Source: a virus
Taxonomy: Duplodnaviria; Caudoviricetes
IMG/VR virus record: IMGVR_UViG_3300045125_000053
Coordinates: 1-56,920 of that record
Direction: 5' to 3' (one strand)
Length of the DNA stretch: 56,920 bases
The notes under the pieces were generated by a model that worked only from the letters and a program-made list of their open reading frames with translations, was not told where the DNA came from and did not search any database. Below are positions 53,291 to 56,920 of the stretch, piece after piece. Both the position numbers and the translations under genes were made by a program. Each line of letters starts with the position of its first letter. Within the stretch, counting starts at the first letter, position 1.

Positions 53291-54917
53291 GCTTGCATTC
53301 TCCACCAATCTTTTTGTATGTCGTGGGATATGCTCTTTAGCTTCATCCCCAAATTCTTGAATAATCTTGTGAAAAACTGATCCTCTTTATATCCTTTCTC
53401 TCTTGCAATACGCATATGCTCCCTGAATCTATTTCTCACCTTAACCGCCATAGGCAAATCGTCTGAACTGTATAGCGTCAGCATGTCGGCGGTTGTTTCT
53501 GGAATATTTGTCTCTGAGCCTTCTTCAAAATGTGCAGTAGCATCGTCATACAAGGCGTGACAAGACGGGCAAAAACCCTGCTTGATGAACGCTATGTCAT
53601 CAATATTTTCTTTAGCCATGCTGAGTTTGAAAGGCTCATTACATACTTTGCACACGCCAAGGCCACAACCAGGACAAGAAGAATATGCTTTCGCTACTTT
53701 GCTTTTGAGAATGTTTTTTACATTGGGAATATAATCGGTCAATATTTTTTCTTGAACATCTGCCAACCATGCGCGAGGTTCTGGATCGTAAACCATGTCG
53801 CAGCATTTGCATGTTTCAAGCGTATGAGCCTCATTCTTTTTCTTGCGCTCTTTTTCGCCTAATAACGTCCATTCACGATGGATATGTGGCGCACCGTGTT
53901 CTTCAATACAACCTGCGTGATCCAAAATAATCGCGCCAAGTTTTGATGATGCTGGGCGCATAATTCGCTCAACTGCTTGAAGGTATAAACTAATTGATTT
54001 TGTTGGACGCGCCAAGATACAGCATTCAAGTTCAGGAAAATCAAAACCCTCAACCAAGATCATGCAATTTGCAACAACCTTAATAATTCCTCTGCGCCAA
54101 TCACGAATGATTGACTCACGCTCTTGAATACACATTCCGCCATGAATCGAGGCAGCGGAAATGCCATTATTAAGAAATTCTTGTGCAATATGCTCCGCAT
54201 GTTCGACACCACACGCAAAAATTACCGTTAGCTTCCCATCAGCGTGAGCTTTCCAGTTCGCATAGATATCACCAATCAACTTAGGCTTGTCCATGACTTC
54301 CCTGAAGCTGATCTTCCGCATAATCGCCTTTTGATTTTTTGACGCCAGTCAAATCAAATGTGCCGCCAGTGTAAATAATTGGCTTCACTAAATGACCTTG
54401 ATTGATTAATTCTGGAACGGTTGTAACAATGACTATTTCATTAAAAATATCATCAAGACCTTTTCCATCTAGCCGTTCAGGAGTTGCTGAAAGCCCAAGC
54501 ACCTTTGCCGATGGATAATTAACCAAAATATCTCGATAACTTTTTGACGCTGCCCGATGTGCCTCATCAATAATAATTAAATCAGCCGGTGGAAACTCAC
54601 GCTTAATCAATGTTTGAATTGATGCAACATTAACTTTTGCATCTGGATTAAACATTTTTGCGCCACTCATAATTATTGAATAATTGAATACGCCGAAATC
54701 TTCCAGTTTTGCTGCACATTGAGTAATTAATTCACGTCGATGAGCGAGAAGAGTATATATTTTCCTTTTTGGACAGCACCTTGAATAATTCGTGATGCAA
54801 TAACCGTCTTCCCTCCGCCTGTCGGAATGCAAAGAATCTGTGAAGAAATTCCCTTCTAATATTATTTTTAAGTTCTTCCACAGCATTTTCTTGATATTCT
54901 CTTAGTATTGGTGTCAT
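53287..54917 (-). CDS. Superfamily 2 DEAD/DEAH-box helicase with a C-terminal Cys-rich region, with indels
   Basis: LREYQ, PTGGGKT, DEAH, LGLSATPERLDG, EGFDFP, ARPTKS..YLQ. Confidence 0.92.
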
Positions 54918-54987
54918 AATTTGCCCTGTTGGTTTTGAACCCCTGTATTTGTCTCGCCAGACTCCAGGGGTTTTTTATTGAAATTTT

Positions 54988-55227
54988 TCACACGTTCTTT
55001 CTATATTCGGATATAGCAGCCTGATAGGTTCTTTCGCCTTCCATCGGAATAATCCCCAACTTAACTTCAGCCCTTTCTATTGCTTCAAGGTATTTCCTTA
55101 GTGGTGAATCCTTAGCTTTCAAAACGTCCTTGTATTCTTCAAATGACTTACATTGACCAATCCCCTGCCCATTACCGATTTGGTCGGGTATGAAGTTTTG
55201 GCAAGATGAGCAGGTAACTATTTGCAT
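54988..55227 (-). CDS. Hypothetical Cys-containing protein
   Basis: VTCSSCQNFIPDQIGNGQGIGQC. Confidence 0.6.
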   Translation of the reverse strand: MQIVTCSSCQNFIPDQIGNGQGIGQCKSFEEYKDVLKAKDSPLRKYLEAIERAEVKLGIIPMEGERTYQAAISEYRKNV

Positions 55228-55235
55228 AACAGTCC

Positions 55236-55424
55236 CTATTCGCCACTCGTTTTATTCAGTAATTTGAGTAACACTATTCCTGACTTTCTGAGTAGGATAA
55301 TTATCTGGAGCTGGTGACAAATCCACTCTGAAACCTTCCTGTCGTCATCCATCGCAAAATCTTGGATATCGCGCTTCATATCTTCAGGGAGGTGTAATTT
55401 GATTTCGTCTAAACATTTATCCAT
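55236..55424 (-). CDS. Small regulator in the cII position (ribbon-helix-helix-like)
   Basis: EIKLHLPEDMKRDIQDFAMDDDRKVSEWI. Confidence 0.6.
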   Translation of the reverse strand: MDKCLDEIKLHLPEDMKRDIQDFAMDDDRKVSEWICHQLQIIILLRKSGIVLLKLLNKTSGE

Positions 55425-55529
55425 AAGTCACCTGAAAAAAATCCCGGTCTGTCTTAGCACCGGGTAGGGGGGAGGAAATACCAAGAAACGTAACTGACTA
55501 TTAACGCCGTCAGTTAGGGCGTTGGGGTT

Positions 55530-55729
55530 TTAGTTAAATACTTCGGGCATAACTCAGCAGCAGCAACACGTCCTGAGGTTGCTCTTTCAATCTTTTTGCA
55601 CTCAAGGCTGACGGTTTGCTTTTGCCGACAGCCCATTTATGGACAGCCGCTTGACTGACGCCACAAGCTCTCGCCATTTTCGTCCTGAGTTCCAAAAAAC
55701 TTGATTGCTTTTTCGATATTAGTATTCAT
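55530..55729 (-). CDS. cro: Cro-like HTH repressor (not in ORF track because of indels)
   Basis: Reconstructed MNTNIEKAIKFFGTQTKMARACGVSQAAVHKW..KKIERATSGRVAAAELCP; divergent from cI. Confidence 0.8.
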
Positions 55730-55736
55730 ACGTTCA

Positions 55737-55806
55737 ATTCTATTACTTTAGTTGTATTTGTCAATAACTAAAGTGATTTGATTATTTATAACCGAGGTTG
55801 TAATTT
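55737..55806. promoter_or_regulatory. OR region: divergent PR/PRM promoters and three 14-bp operators
   Basis: ATTACTTTAGTTGT (55742-55755), ATAACTAAAGTGAT (55764-55777), ATAACCGAGGTTGT (55788-55801); minus strand TTGACA-16-TAGAAT; plus strand TTGATT-17-TAATTT. Confidence 0.82.
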
Positions 55807-55812
55807 ATAGTG

Positions 55813-56517
55813 ATGAAAACACTTGCAGATAGAGTTAAACAAAGAATGGACGATCTTGAGATTACTCAAGAGCAACTAGGGCGCATGACAGGAATGAGCC
55901 AGACCGCAATCTATAAAATTACAGTAGGTGAAACAAAAGAGCCGCGCAAAATATTGTTGTTAGCTCAGGCATTAAAGTGCCAGCCTGAGTGGTTGTCTCA
56001 AGGCATTGGTGCAGCGCCAAAATCAAAAGAATTAGTTAGCTTTGAATCACAGCCACAATCAAACATCTCACCAGCTCCAGATTTTGTAAGAAACGTGCCA
56101 TTGATTAGTTGGGTTTCGGCTGGCATGTGGTGTGAAGCAGTCGATAACTATGCCCCAGGCGATGCTGAAGATTGGCTTCCTTGTATAACCCAATGCAGCA
56201 AGCATAGTTATGCTTTACGAGTGCAAGGCGATTCAATGACTAACCCATATCCAACCGGCAAAAGCTATCCAGAAGGAACTATTATTTATGTTGATCCTGA
56301 AAAGCCAATAACTAATGGATGTAGGGTAATAGCCAAGCTGCCTAACTCAAACGAAGCAACTTTTAAGCAGTATGTTGAAGATGGTGGCAAACGATATTTA
56401 AAGCCACTAAATCCCCAGTACCCAATGATTGAGATAGGGGATGATGCAAGGCTTTGCAGGCGTGATTATTGGGTCTTATCTGCCATGAGTGATATACTGA
56501 TAAAAAAATCGGAATAA
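55813..56517 (+). CDS. cI: CI repressor (434-like HTH plus S24 autopeptidase); true 3' end probably slightly earlier because of an indel
   Basis: TLADRVKQRM..TQEQLG..SQTAI..TKEPR; VPLISWVSAG cleavage site; LRVQGDSM; ATFKQ; LKPLNPQYP. Confidence 0.95.
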   Translation: MKTLADRVKQRMDDLEITQEQLGRMTGMSQTAIYKITVGETKEPRKILLLAQALKCQPEWLSQGIGAAPKSKELVSFESQPQSNISPAPDFVRNVPLISWVSAGMWCEAVDNYAPGDAEDWLPCITQCSKHSYALRVQGDSMTNPYPTGKSYPEGTIIYVDPEKPITNGCRVIAKLPNSNEATFKQYVEDGGKRYLKPLNPQYPMIEIGDDARLCRRDYWVLSAMSDILIKKSE

Positions 56518-56520
56518 ATT

Positions 56521-56816
56521 ATGCCAGTTTACGCAGCAATACCCTTAACAAAAGAAAGTGAAGCAGACCCTTGGAACTGCTGTGCTGGAGAAAGTTCGAC
56601 GACCATAGTCGATACAAATTGTCCGACGGGAAAACTTGGCTTCTAAAATATGATGGCACAACGGTTGAACTATCAAATTTTTTAGAAATAACCGGCCAGC
56701 AAAAGGGCATACAATCACCTATTGGTTCAGTTGTGGTTATCCCAATAGCTACCTATTATGGTAGAGGTCCAGGCGACATGTGGGAATGGCTAAAAATAAG
56801 GCTAGAAAATGACTGA
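56521..56816 (+). CDS. Small soluble protein downstream of cI, with indels
   Basis: MPVYAAIPL..KTWLLKYDGTTVELSNFL..VVVIPIATYYGRGPGDMWEWLK. Confidence 0.6.
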
Positions 56817-56920
56817 GTTAAATAAAAACAAGACTCAGTAGAGCCTAACATAGCGCACACCAAGATAGGCCAAGGACATCCAGAATATCACTTTGTATCG
56901 TCAATTTTGGAAATGCAAAA
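56809..56920 (+). CDS. 5' part of the membrane protein that continues at position 1
   Basis: ATG overlapping the previous stop; ..IGQGHPEYHFVSSILEMQ(K) runs off the window end. Confidence 0.5.

Noticed and set aside
56521-56816. Treating this ORF as a true Cas2 linked to the RAMP-like gene
   Set aside because: The resemblance is weak and at fold level only, there is no cas1, and it lies in a different transcription unit.
1-56920. Frameshifts in many genes read as pseudogenes or programmed frameshifting
   Set aside because: They hit essential genes (portal, helicase, ssb, cro) throughout and often fall in homopolymers, which fits uncorrected long-read error better.
1-56920. Stop-codon reassignment
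   Set aside because: Long genes such as terL and the capsid gene are open in the standard code; breaks are frame changes, not in-frame stops.

Overview
The window reads as one apparently complete, circularly permuted genome (~57 kb) of a temperate tailed phage, probably podovirus-like and probably infecting a proteobacterium (both inferred). Many genes are broken by single-base indels, mostly in homopolymers, which look like long-read errors. The early rightward arm from a consensus PL-like promoter carries a structured leader, lambda-type bet, a YqaJ exonuclease, ssb, small accessory genes, a lipoprotein and a P63C gene. The long leftward arm from PR carries cro, an SF2 helicase, a TOPRIM-VapE primase-helicase with a putative origin, VRR-NUC, Rha/KilA-N, dUTPase, lysis genes, an N4-gp56-like capsid, tail and ejection proteins, terminase, portal and a ~3,100-aa polyvalent protein. 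A 434-like cI with 14-bp operators sits at the right end. No integrase was recognised. The most striking element lies directly after ssb: a stand-alone Cas7/RAMP-like gene (3646-4203) flanked on both sides by non-coding arrays of 5-nt units (conserved GAY triplet plus variable dinucleotide; 11 and 21 units), followed by a winged-helix-like gene. This is a candidate RNA-guided system that is not a CRISPR array. Also present are two C4-type antisense RNA switches with different recognition heptamers, a DUF2829/Tad2-like anti-defence gene inside the head operon, and a two-gene cassette in the rexAB position. All family assignments come from reading motifs by eye; no searches were run.
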